NCBI GenBank assembly: GCA_037130755.1
Contig: JBAXSI010000002.1
Location: 111,661-175,660, forward strand
Reading direction: 5' to 3'
DNA from: Actinomycetes bacterium
Lineage (GTDB): Bacteria; Actinomycetota; Actinomycetes; S36-B12
Length of the DNA: 64,000 bases
The notes under the pieces were generated by a model, which had not been told where the DNA came from, searched no databases, and was given only the letters and a program-made list of their open reading frames with translations. Positions 27,407 to 36,323 of this stretch are shown here, piece by piece. A program made the position numbers and the translations under genes. Position 1 is the stretch's first letter. Each line of letters starts with the position of its first letter.

Positions 27407-29445
27407 GCGAGCCGAAGGGCCGGGCCCCGCTCGGGCAGCGCATCAACCTGAGCGCGATCGACAACGCCTCCTGGATTCTGTCGGTCGGCATCCTCGCGGT
27501 GGTCATCCCCGCCAGCGACAAGATCGCCTCGAACGACGTCTTCTTCGCCGCGCACGGCGTGTCTCCGGTCGCCTGGATCGTCCTGCTGGTCGCCGGCCTG
27601 ATCGTCGTCTGGCTCGTGCTTGCAGGGATCCTCGGCCTGCTCCGTCGATGGCTGCCGGCTCGCGGCTTCGACATCGTGGCGTCGATCCTGATGCTGCTGA
27701 TCACCTGGTTCTTCGTCGGCAACGTCCTTGCGCGGACTGTGTTCGCTGCCAACCCGAACCTGGGCCCGATCGCCGGCCTCGTCGTCGCGGTGCTCATCAC
27801 GCTGGCCGCGCGTCGGTTCCACATGGGCTCGGCGCTGTTCGTGTTCGCCTCGATCGCGGCTGCCATTCCGCTGGTCATGACCGTGTGGAACGGCGCCCAG
27901 ACCCCGGCGACGACTGCCTTCGACTTCTCGTCCACGACCCCGCCGTCGGTCCTCTATGTCATCTCCGACGAGCTCCAGTACCCGTTGGCCTTCAACGCCA
28001 AGGGCGAGGTGCGGCCTGAGCTGCCGAACCTGCGCGCGCTCTCCGACACCGCGACCAGGTACACGCACGCCTATGCCGGTGCGAACTACACCGACTGGGC
28101 CGTGCCCGCGCAGCTGACCGGCATCTCCGATGTCGCGGGGCAGGGCAATCAGCGGATGGACAAGGTGCGGGCCGGCCTGGGGATCGTGCCGGGCATGTCC
28201 GGCACGTACTCGATCGTGATGCAGTCGCCGATCTTCCAGTTCGAGTGCAAGGAGGCGGGCTGCGCCAGCGTCGGATCCGATCCGGGGGTGGGCGCGATCG
28301 AGCGCTACTGGTCCTTCGCCAAGGACACCGCCGCCATCGCGGGCAAGACCGCTCTCGCCGAGCCGTTCGCCAGCTACTTCCCGTCCCTGGACGGCAAGTG
28401 GAAGGACTTCTGGAGCGGTGGCGACGAGTTCGGCAACGGCGCGGAGGGCAATTCGGTCGACAAGGCCATCGCCGGGATCGCGGCCTCGGTCAAGCAGTAC
28501 CCGGAGACCCCGTTCTTCGCCTTCTGGCACACGATTCGCACCCACGCACCCTGGGCGGTCGACGGCCAGGGCCGTGACCTCTACCCCGCTCGACTTCCAG
28601 TTGTCGAGGGCTCGCACATGGTCGGGACGGACAAGGACGGGAAGTTCTCCACCCAGGACCTGCAGTACCTCGAGCGACGTCTGTACGCCGACTCGGCGAT
28701 CGACTTCGACCGGCAGTTGGGCAAGATCCTCGACGAGCTGAAAGCGACCGGGCGCTTCGACAACACGATGATCGTCGTCACCGCGGATCACGGGGCGACG
28801 ACGGGCATGACGGCCGACCGCCGATTCGGCGACACGCTTGCCCAGCGCTGGGGCGAGGTCGCGCATGTCCCGCTCGTCATCAAGTACCCCGGCCAGACCT
28901 CGAGCGACGTGGTCACCGGCGTCCGTTCGACCGGCCAGATCGCCCAGACCGTGCTCAACACGGTCGGCGGGACCGTGACCGACGGACTCAAGCTCTCGCC
29001 CGACCTCACCAAGGACCTGCCCGGCGGCCCGGTCTTCACGACGGTGGCCGGGGGAGTCATGACGCCTTGGAAGTACGCCGGCGTCAAGGAGCCCAATCCC
29101 TGGCGGCAGGAGGATGTCGCGCCGCCGAACCCTGCGTACCCCTTCGCCATCGACGTTGACCCGGCGCAACTTAGCAAGGTGGTACCGGCCGGTGCGAAGC
29201 GGATGTCGACCGTGTCGATCAACGCGCTTCCCGGCCAGTCGGACCAGCAGGTCCTCGTCGTGACGCGGACGCCGGGAGAGTGCCCCAGCGACGAGTCGCC
29301 CAGTCTGGTGACCTCAGGCGACACCGTCATCGGCGCTGTGCTCTGGGAGAAGACGACCGGCACCGGTTCCTCGAACGCGCGAGGGTGGGCCATCGTCCCC
29401 AAGTCCGATCCGACGTCCTACCGGGTCTACTGCAGCGCCTCCTGA
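27382..29445 (+). CDS. LtaS/EptA-like membrane transferase (alkaline-phosphatase/sulfatase superfamily)
   Basis: About five N-terminal TM helices, then an extracytoplasmic domain with VLYVISDELQYP, WHTIRTHAPW, MIVVTADHG. It lacks the C/S-x-P-x-R sulfatase motif. An alternative GTG start at 27403 overlaps the upstream stop (GTGA). Confidence 0.75.
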   Translation: MGPAGSLVSEPKGRAPLGQRINLSAIDNASWILSVGILAVVIPASDKIASNDVFFAAHGVSPVAWIVLLVAGLIVVWLVLAGILGLLRRWLPARGFDIVASILMLLITWFFVGNVLARTVFAANPNLGPIAGLVVAVLITLAARRFHMGSALFVFASIAAAIPLVMTVWNGAQTPATTAFDFSSTTPPSVLYVISDELQYPLAFNAKGEVRPELPNLRALSDTATRYTHAYAGANYTDWAVPAQLTGISDVAGQGNQRMDKVRAGLGIVPGMSGTYSIVMQSPIFQFECKEAGCASVGSDPGVGAIERYWSFAKDTAAIAGKTALAEPFASYFPSLDGKWKDFWSGGDEFGNGAEGNSVDKAIAGIAASVKQYPETPFFAFWHTIRTHAPWAVDGQGRDLYPARLPVVEGSHMVGTDKDGKFSTQDLQYLERRLYADSAIDFDRQLGKILDELKATGRFDNTMIVVTADHGATTGMTADRRFGDTLAQRWGEVAHVPLVIKYPGQTSSDVVTGVRSTGQIAQTVLNTVGGTVTDGLKLSPDLTKDLPGGPVFTTVAGGVMTPWKYAGVKEPNPWRQEDVAPPNPAYPFAIDVDPAQLSKVVPAGAKRMSTVSINALPGQSDQQVLVVTRTPGECPSDESPSLVTSGDTVIGAVLWEKTTGTGSSNARGWAIVPKSDPTSYRVYCSAS

Positions 29446-29464
29446 CGCCTCGCGAATCTGCTGT

Positions 29465-29480
29465 GGGCCACCTGTGGCCC
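29465..29480 (+). terminator. Possible stem-loop terminator after the transferase gene
   Basis: gggcca-cctg-tggccc, a perfect 6-bp GC-rich stem 20 nt after the stop. There is no T-tract, so this is weak. Confidence 0.3.
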
Positions 29481-29580
29481 GCCTGAAGACCTTTCTCTGG
29501 GGGACCTTCGGCACTTAGTACAGGTCTACACATAAAGGACCGTCATCCCCCAGTGCTTGACCCTTCAATTGGGAGGTCCC

Positions 29581-29745
29581 GTGATCGCGAGTTCGGTTCT
29601 TGCAGTGGCCGAGAATCCGCCCCCGTATCTGTCTGTGGGCGTCTTCTCGGTGTCTGTGCCCAACGCCATCATCATCGGAGTCATGCTGGCCCTGTTCGTC
29701 CTGGCCATCGTCGTTCCCTTCCCCAAGGACAAGGACCAGTCATGA
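29581..29745 (+). CDS. Small single-TM protein (54 aa from GTG), first gene of the cytochrome b module
   Basis: gggagg RBS at 29571-29576. TM segment NAIIIGVMLALFVLAIVVPF. The stop overlaps the ATG of the next gene (ATGA at 29742-29745). Confidence 0.55.
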   Translation: MIASSVLAVAENPPPYLSVGVFSVSVPNAIIIGVMLALFVLAIVVPFPKDKDQS

Positions 29746-30431
29746 CAATGACCGATCCTGAGACGAGCACGAGTGCTGCCGAGAATGACATGTGGACCGC
29801 GAAACTGAGGCGGTCGTGGGAGAAGAACCTCCCGCCGGACAAACTGCTGCCGGACCGTCAACCGGCCTATGTGGCCTCGTGGATCTACGTCTTCGGCGTG
29901 GCGACCATCGCCGCACTTGTCGTGGTCTTCGCCAGCGGCTTGGTGCTCACCCTCGAAGGCCCCTCGTGGTACCACGTGTCGTCCGTCGGCCTCTTCGTGA
30001 ACAGCCTCCACTTCTGGAGCGTCCAGCTGTTCTTCATCTTCATGGTGGTCCACCTGTGGGGGAAGTTCTGGATGGCCGCCTGGCGCGGTCGCCGGGCAAT
30101 GACCTGGATCACCGGGGTCGTCTGCTTCCTGGGCTCGGTGGGCACCGCCTTCACCGGCTACCTGATCCAGAGCAACTTCGACTCCCAGTGGATCGCCAGC
30201 GAGGCCAAGGACGGCCTGAACGCGGTTGGTATCGGCGCCTTCTTCGACACCGAGAACTACGGCCAGGCACTCCTCCTGCATGTGGCCTTCCTGCCGCTGG
30301 TCGTCGGCTTCATCGTCATCATCCACGTCCTGCTCGTCCGTAAGCATGGCGTCGTGCCGCCGCTCGACTATGCGGAATCAGCGGCCGGTCAAGAGGCCGC
30401 TGCGGCCGCGAACGCGGAGGTGAGCAACTGA
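29742..30431 (+). CDS. Dihaem cytochrome b, b6-like N-terminal-domain-only protein
   Basis: Four TM helices. Helix B has a His pair spaced x13 (SLHFWSVQLFFIFMVVHLWGKFW) and helix D a His pair spaced x14 (LLHVAFLPLVVGFIVIIHVL), the b6/Bacillus-type spacing. Confidence 0.8.
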   Translation: MTMTDPETSTSAAENDMWTAKLRRSWEKNLPPDKLLPDRQPAYVASWIYVFGVATIAALVVVFASGLVLTLEGPSWYHVSSVGLFVNSLHFWSVQLFFIFMVVHLWGKFWMAAWRGRRAMTWITGVVCFLGSVGTAFTGYLIQSNFDSQWIASEAKDGLNAVGIGAFFDTENYGQALLLHVAFLPLVVGFIVIIHVLLVRKHGVVPPLDYAESAAGQEAAAAANAEVSN

Positions 30432-31405
30432 TGGCGACGCACACGTCCACCGTGAACGTCGACGCCCTGCCGTGGAAGGGGCCATGGCGCAGGTACGACA
30501 TCATCAAGGAGGGTGTCGCCGCGATAGTGATCATCAGCATCCTCACGGCACTCCTCGCGGCGATCTTCAGCTCCCCTGACTCGAAGGCGATCACCTTCAA
30601 GGAATGGGCGACCGCATCCCCGGAGGCCTTCGCGGCCACCGCGGTGCAGGAGCTTGCCGGGACGAGTGGGTCGGCCACCTACGGCCCGCCGTACAACTCC
30701 GCCAGCGACGGTCTCAACGTCGGACCGCTGTACCTGCAGAAGTGGGCTGGCGTGAGCCACCCGCTCGACCCGGTGAACTCGTTCGTCATCGAGCCGCTTC
30801 GGTCGCTGCCACCGTCTACGGACGTCACTGCGGCACTGGCGGCGTGGGACAAGGCGACACCTGACCAGCAGGCCGCTTGGGCGACCGCCCTGGACACAGC
30901 GATCGCCGACGCTACTGCCGAGGACGGCAGCATCGACATGTCCACGGTCGCCGCGGGCGACTACGGTCCGGTGCCGGTCCTGGCCGCAGGACTGCTCGCA
31001 ATGGCTAAGTCCGGCGCTCTCGACGGCGTACTGAAGTCGGGTGACACGTTCTTCGCCACCGATACGACAAACCAGTTGATGTTCCTGGGTGATGGCACCT
31101 ACCTCGAGGACGCGGCCGTGGCCAACCACCTCGGCGGCGGCCAGTGGGGCATGATGAACGAGACGGGACCGTTCCCGGGCCAGGCATGGCTGTGGCTGTA
31201 CTCGTTCTGGTACCAGATCCCGCCCTTCAGCGATGAAGAGCAGCAGCCGTTCGGCGCCAACGCCGATGCGTATATCTGGGTGATCATGGGGCTGCTCTCG
31301 CTCATCTTGATGCTCCTGCCGTTCATCCCCGGTCTTCGTTCGATCCCGCGATGGATTCCGATCCATCGCCTGATCTGGCGGGACTACTACCGCAGGGTTC
31401 GCTGA
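30431..31405 (+). CDS. Membrane protein partner of cytochrome b (possible subunit IV analogue with large extracytoplasmic insert)
   Basis: The ATG shares one base with the upstream TGA. N-terminal TM (GVAAIVIISILTALLAAIF), a soluble domain of about 230 aa, then a C-terminal FWYQIPPF motif followed by the TM helix YIWVIMGLLSLILMLLPFIP. Compare EWYFFPVF of PetD as I recall it. Confidence 0.65.
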   Translation: MATHTSTVNVDALPWKGPWRRYDIIKEGVAAIVIISILTALLAAIFSSPDSKAITFKEWATASPEAFAATAVQELAGTSGSATYGPPYNSASDGLNVGPLYLQKWAGVSHPLDPVNSFVIEPLRSLPPSTDVTAALAAWDKATPDQQAAWATALDTAIADATAEDGSIDMSTVAAGDYGPVPVLAAGLLAMAKSGALDGVLKSGDTFFATDTTNQLMFLGDGTYLEDAAVANHLGGGQWGMMNETGPFPGQAWLWLYSFWYQIPPFSDEEQQPFGANADAYIWVIMGLLSLILMLLPFIPGLRSIPRWIPIHRLIWRDYYRRVR

Positions 31406-31482
31406 CCCTACGTGTGCTGGGTGCCGATCCGCCGTTGCTGGCGGGCCGGCACCCAGCGCGCTTTCGGACCTACGATGAAGCG

Positions 31483-32532
31483 ATGAGCAGGCACGCACGA
31501 CCGTTCGGCCTGGTCGTCATTCTGACTGCGGTGCTTGGCCTCTTGGCTATTGCGCCCGCCGTGGCACGTCCGGGCCAGCCGGTCCCGCCGGTCCCGCCGG
31601 TGTCGCCTTCTGATGGCGCAGCGGCGCTGGCCCAGGCCCCCGCCCCGGACACGCTCGCCGGGCTCTACTCGACGACGAGCATGGACTTGATCCTGCTCGA
31701 GCGTCGCAAGGGGCCTGCTGCAGCGCTCAAGGCTCTGGAGCGCCGAATCGAGAAGGATGGCCGACTCGGCGGCGTGTGCCACGCGATCGCCCACGAGATC
31801 GGTCACGAGGCGCTGACCGAGGCCGGCGGCAACGTCAGCAAGGCGCTCACGAACCGCAATGACGTGTGTGGTGGCGGCTACACGCACGGCATCATCGAGG
31901 TGGCCCTCGGCTCGTCGAAGCATCCGGCCAAGGACCTGCTCGTGGTCTGCGCTCCCAAGCAGGACGGATCCTGCTTCCACGGCGTCGGGCACGGACTGAT
32001 GTTCGCGACGGGAATGGACCTGGCGCGCTCACTGCGACTGTGCGACAAGTCGCCGACCTCGATGCTCGTGGCACGATGCGGCGAGGGCGTCTTCATGCAG
32101 TTGTTCGGCGCGGACGCCAGTACCGCGCATCTCGGCGGCGCGAGCCCGCCCACTCTCGCCAGCGCCCGTACGACGTGCCGCGGAACGCGCGCCCGGTATG
32201 CGGCGAACTGCTGGTTCTACGCCCCCACGGTCTGGCTCGCCGCCCGCCCCGACGACTTCACCGGGGCGATGGGCTGGTGCTCGGCCGCGGGAAGCACCCT
32301 TGGCGCCCAGCTGTGCGCCAAGGGAGTCGGCAGCCGAACGATCAAGTACCACCCGGACGACCCGCGCATCGGCGCGGCCGTCTGCGCGGCGTCCGGGGAC
32401 CTCACCGACCCGTGCCTGTCGGGCATGGGGTCTTACTGGTCGGTGCACTTCAAGGGCCAGAAGCCGCCCAGCGACGTCTGCGGCCACCTGGGCTCCGCGG
32501 CACTGGCGACCCGGTGCCGGGCGGTCACCTGA
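31483..32532 (+). CDS. Secreted Cys-rich repeat protein with HEIGH motif
   Basis: Signal peptide MSRHARPFGLVVILTAVLGLLAIAPAVA, PVPPVPPVSP linker, 14 Cys. Repeated C-x2-G units (VCHAIAHEIGHEA, VCGGGYTHGIIE, SCFHGVGHGLMF, RCGEGVFMQLF, NCWFYAPTVW, LCAKGVGSRT, PCLSGMGSYW). Confidence 0.7.
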   Translation: MSRHARPFGLVVILTAVLGLLAIAPAVARPGQPVPPVPPVSPSDGAAALAQAPAPDTLAGLYSTTSMDLILLERRKGPAAALKALERRIEKDGRLGGVCHAIAHEIGHEALTEAGGNVSKALTNRNDVCGGGYTHGIIEVALGSSKHPAKDLLVVCAPKQDGSCFHGVGHGLMFATGMDLARSLRLCDKSPTSMLVARCGEGVFMQLFGADASTAHLGGASPPTLASARTTCRGTRARYAANCWFYAPTVWLAARPDDFTGAMGWCSAAGSTLGAQLCAKGVGSRTIKYHPDDPRIGAAVCAASGDLTDPCLSGMGSYWSVHFKGQKPPSDVCGHLGSAALATRCRAVT

Positions 32533-32541
32533 CCCTTCGGG

Positions 32542-34347
32542 CTACTTGTCGTCGGTGTCCTGCTCCGCGTCGAAGGCCTCCTTGGCCCGCTCGAGGTCCT
32601 GATCGCTGCGCAGTGCGCGCAGCTGGCTGGTGGAGTCGACCTCCTCGCCGCTCTCCAGGTCGAGTGCGGACATGCCGGGGGGCAGGTTCGACAGGTCGGG
32701 TGCGATGACCAGGTCAGGAAGGCCCGCGTCCGGCATACGGACCGTCTCCTCCTCGAACACCGAGCCCGCAAGGATCAGCTCGGAGTGGGAGCGCTGGGAA
32801 AGCGTCTCGCCGCGGAAGAAGGCCGGCGCGATGCGCGACCAGACGATCATCAGGATGGCTCCCACCAGCAGCGTGCCGATACCGATGACGAACACTCCTC
32901 CCACGCCCCACAGCGTCGTGCTGCCGTAGTCGGGCTGGGCGTACTGGTAGCAGGCGATGACGAACGCACCGAGCAGCATGGTTCCGCCCAGCAGCGGGAA
33001 CAGGAACTTCATGAAGAAGCCGTCGACGCTCTTGAACGCCGAGTGGCGGTAGAACCAGACCGCGGCGAAGCCCGTGAGTCCGTAGTAGAAGGCGATCATC
33101 AGGCCAACGGCGGCGATGGAGTCGCCCAGCACGTTCTCGCTGACCAGGGTCAGTCCGACGTAGAAGATGATCGACACCAGGCCCATCCAGACGGTGGCAG
33201 TCGTCGGGGTCAGGTACCGGGGATGGATACGCGCGAAGTAGGGCGGGATCGCCTTGTAGGCGCCCATGGCCAGCGCCGTCCGCGCCGTCGGCAGGATGGT
33301 CGTCTGCGTTGAGGCCGATGCGGACGAAAGGACGGACAGGATGAGCAGAGTTTCGAGGATCTTGCCGATGCCGGAGTCTCCGAAGACGGACGGTCCGAGT
33401 GCGTTGAAGACGTCGCTGGAGTTCTCCGGGTTCGCCAGACCGAGATCGGCCTCGCCCACGCCCGCGAAGGCTACGGTGGCGACGCTGACGATCGCGTAGG
33501 TGAGTAGCAGCAACAGGGTCGAGATGATGGCCGCTCGCCCGGGGGTCTTCTCCGGGTTCGAAGTCTCCTCGTTGATGCTGACGGCGGTGTCCCAGCCCCA
33601 GTAGATGAAGACGGCGATCAGCGTGGCCGTGACCAGGGCGCTCAGCGAGATCCCGGACGGCCACAGCCAGGACAGCTCCGGCGTCAGCGACTCGGGGGTC
33701 GCATTGCCGCTGTAGACCTTGGTGAGTGCGATCACGGAGAAGATCACGAGGACCACGATCTCGATGCCCAGTAGTGCGTACTGCAGCCGAGCCGAGACCT
33801 CGATGCCGCGGTAGCAGATATAGGTCATGACGATGATCCAGGCGACTCCGGCGACCATGCTCCAGAACGTCGATGCAGCGAGCCCGTCCAGGCCGAAGAG
33901 CTGGAAGCCGTATGACCCGGCGATCTGCGCGAGGTTCGCCATGACGATGACGTCGGCCGCGATGATGCCCCAGCCGCCTATCCACCCGGCCCACGGGCCG
34001 AACGCGCGCGTCGCCCACGTGAATGTCGTGCCGCAGTCCGGCTCGGCCCTGTTCAACTGCTGGTAGGCGATGGCGATGAAGAACATCGGCACGAAGGCGA
34101 GCAGCATGATCGACGGGGCCTTGACTCCGACGATGCCGTCGCCGTTCTGCGTCGCGACGACGAACCCGAGGCTCGCGGCGAGGCTGTAGGCGGGCGCGGT
34201 CGAGGCCATGCCGACGACGATGCTCGACACCAGCCCCAAGGCCCCGGTCTTGAGTCCCTTCTCGCCGGCCACCTCCGGGAAGCCGATGGGGGCCTGGGTC
34301 TCCTGCTGCGCCATGGCGACTCCGTCCGAGGTCGAGTCCGTTCGCAT
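32542..34347 (-). CDS. APC-superfamily amino acid/polyamine permease with about 100-aa acidic cytoplasmic tail
   Basis: About 12 TM helices, and GLVSSIVVGMASTAPAYS and FTWATRAFGPWAGWIGGW blocks typical of APC transporters. Confidence 0.8.
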   Translation of the reverse strand: MRTDSTSDGVAMAQQETQAPIGFPEVAGEKGLKTGALGLVSSIVVGMASTAPAYSLAASLGFVVATQNGDGIVGVKAPSIMLLAFVPMFFIAIAYQQLNRAEPDCGTTFTWATRAFGPWAGWIGGWGIIAADVIVMANLAQIAGSYGFQLFGLDGLAASTFWSMVAGVAWIIVMTYICYRGIEVSARLQYALLGIEIVVLVIFSVIALTKVYSGNATPESLTPELSWLWPSGISLSALVTATLIAVFIYWGWDTAVSINEETSNPEKTPGRAAIISTLLLLLTYAIVSVATVAFAGVGEADLGLANPENSSDVFNALGPSVFGDSGIGKILETLLILSVLSSASASTQTTILPTARTALAMGAYKAIPPYFARIHPRYLTPTTATVWMGLVSIIFYVGLTLVSENVLGDSIAAVGLMIAFYYGLTGFAAVWFYRHSAFKSVDGFFMKFLFPLLGGTMLLGAFVIACYQYAQPDYGSTTLWGVGGVFVIGIGTLLVGAILMIVWSRIAPAFFRGETLSQRSHSELILAGSVFEEETVRMPDAGLPDLVIAPDLSNLPPGMSALDLESGEEVDSTSQLRALRSDQDLERAKEAFDAEQDTDDK

Positions 34348-34448
34348 ATCGGCCCCTGGCGGGGCGATGGGCGTGACGCTACCCCTCCGGCATCGGCTGC
34401 CGGGTGCATTTGCCGTCGTTGCAGGGTCGATGGCGTAGTTGGGGTTGT

Positions 34449-34784
34449 CTAGAGGTCGACGATGTCCGATTCGTCGAATTCGTCCGCATGGTCATGCACC
34501 CAGCGGGTCAGCGCATCGGCGAGCAGGCCCGAACGACCGGACGTCATCGTGGGTCGATGGTCGTGCGCGATCACGTCAGGATCGATCACGCCGACCAGGA
34601 GTCCGCCGGGGGTGTAGACCGTCGCCGTGTGCTCACCCTCGTGCTCGACGATGCGCCAGCCCGTCTCGTGCGCGACCTCGAGCGACCACGCAGAGATACG
34701 GCCGAGGACACGGTCGTATGCGCTGTGCCCCGCGGGGCTGTGCACGATGGTCCACGGTCCGGCGTGGCGCGTGAAGGGCTTCAT
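34449..34784 (-). CDS. Hypothetical protein (111 aa)
   Basis: High GC3, non-repetitive composition, positioned immediately upstream of the permease on the same strand. No recognised motif. Confidence 0.5.
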   Translation of the reverse strand: MKPFTRHAGPWTIVHSPAGHSAYDRVLGRISAWSLEVAHETGWRIVEHEGEHTATVYTPGGLLVGVIDPDVIAHDHRPTMTSGRSGLLADALTRWVHDHADEFDESDIVDL

Positions 34785-34906
34785 AGGCGGCGTCCTGGTC
34801 GAGCGGATCTGGTGGCGACGCTACTCCGCAACCGCGACGGCGGCGACCACGCGAGCAGTGTGCCAAAGTACGGACGACGGGGCGACGACGGAAGCGGAGA
34901 TCTTGC

Positions 34907-36316
34907 ATGGATGACGAGGCGGTCGAGTCCTTTCTCAACGAGCTGTACCCCTACCGCTTCGAGAGTGAGACGAACCGAGCGATCCCCGAGCGTGGCCGAC
35001 CCGCGCAGGACGTGATCGCCGAGGTGCGCGGCTACGCCGAGCGTGAGGACCGCATGGGCGACGACGGACGCGTCTCGGGCTCCCTCTACTGCGGCGATCA
35101 TGACCACTACCACGTGCTGTCCGAGGTCTTCGAGGAGTTCGCGCACGTCAACGTCCTCCAGCGCGACATGTACCCGTCGGCGACGAAGTTCGAGGCGGAG
35201 ATCGTCGCGATGGTCGCCGACATGCTGCATGGCGCCGAGGACGGCGTCGATGCCTGCGGGGTCGTCACCAGTGGAGGTAGCGAGAGCCTGGTCACCGCGC
35301 TATACACCTACCGCGAGCAGGGGAGGGCCGAGCGCGGAATAACGAAGCCCAACATCGTGATCCCCACGACGGCGCACGTCGCGCTGGACAAGGGCGCGCA
35401 CTGGCTGGGCATCGAGGTGCGTCACGCCCCGCTCACTGACGAGTTCGTCGTCGATGTCGACGCCATGGCTGCCTTGATCGACGAGAACACGATCGCCATC
35501 GTGGGCTCGGCTGGCAACTACGCGCACGGCCTCATCGATCCGATCGAGGAGCTGTCCGAGCTCGCGCTCAGTCGCGGCGTCGGGTTTCACGTGGACGGCT
35601 GTCTTGGCGGTTTCCTCCTGCCGTGGATCGAGGCCAACGGCGTCGACGTGCCGCTGTGGGACTTCCGCGTTCCCGGCGTGACGAGCATCAGTTGCGACAC
35701 CCATAAGTACGGCTACGCGCTGAAGGGCACGTCGTCGCTCATCTACCGTTCGAAGGCGCTCCGCGCACACCAGTGGTTCACCTACCCGGATTGGCCGGGC
35801 GGCCTGTACCTGTCACCGGGTCTTGCCGGTTCGCGCAGTGGCGGTCTGATCGCCTCGACATGGGCATCGCTGGTGATCACCGGCCGCGAGGGATACCTGC
35901 AGAAGGCGCAGGAGATCTATGACACGGCACAGGCGATGGTGGCCGGAATCCGCGCCGACATCCCTGAGCTGACGATCATCGGGGAGCCCACCTTCCTGTT
36001 CGCGTTCGTGTCTGACGAGGTCGACGTGTACCTCGTCAACGATGACCTCAAGCGGCGCGGCTGGCGCATGAATGCGCTGCAACTGCCACCGGCACTGCAC
36101 TTCTGCGTGACGCGCCCGAACACTGCGCCGGGACTCGTCGACGTATTCCTTGCGGATCTGCGCGCTGCTGTCGACTATGCCAAGGCGAGCGCCGGGACAC
36201 CCGCCGAGAGCGGCGCCATGTACGGCCTGGGCGGCACGCCGCAGGGCAACGAGAGCGTCAACGCCCTGATGGGTGCCTACCTCGACGCGATGCACGATCC
36301 GGCGCCGACGGTCTAG
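34907..36316 (+). CDS. PLP-dependent decarboxylase/lyase, sphingosine-1-phosphate-lyase-like (group II decarboxylase fold)
   Basis: SISCDTHKYGYALKGTSSLIYR carries the PLP lysine, plus VVTSGGSESL and GLIDPIEEL blocks. Confidence 0.8.
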   Translation: MDDEAVESFLNELYPYRFESETNRAIPERGRPAQDVIAEVRGYAEREDRMGDDGRVSGSLYCGDHDHYHVLSEVFEEFAHVNVLQRDMYPSATKFEAEIVAMVADMLHGAEDGVDACGVVTSGGSESLVTALYTYREQGRAERGITKPNIVIPTTAHVALDKGAHWLGIEVRHAPLTDEFVVDVDAMAALIDENTIAIVGSAGNYAHGLIDPIEELSELALSRGVGFHVDGCLGGFLLPWIEANGVDVPLWDFRVPGVTSISCDTHKYGYALKGTSSLIYRSKALRAHQWFTYPDWPGGLYLSPGLAGSRSGGLIASTWASLVITGREGYLQKAQEIYDTAQAMVAGIRADIPELTIIGEPTFLFAFVSDEVDVYLVNDDLKRRGWRMNALQLPPALHFCVTRPNTAPGLVDVFLADLRAAVDYAKASAGTPAESGAMYGLGGTPQGNESVNALMGAYLDAMHDPAPTV

Positions 36317-36323
36317 TGATCCG

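Noticed and set aside
27286-29169. 627-aa minus-strand ORF across the LtaS-like gene
   Set aside because: It has no motifs and an extreme R/D/G/H composition. The plus strand has TM helices and alkaline-phosphatase-superfamily motifs and sits in an operon with overlapping starts.
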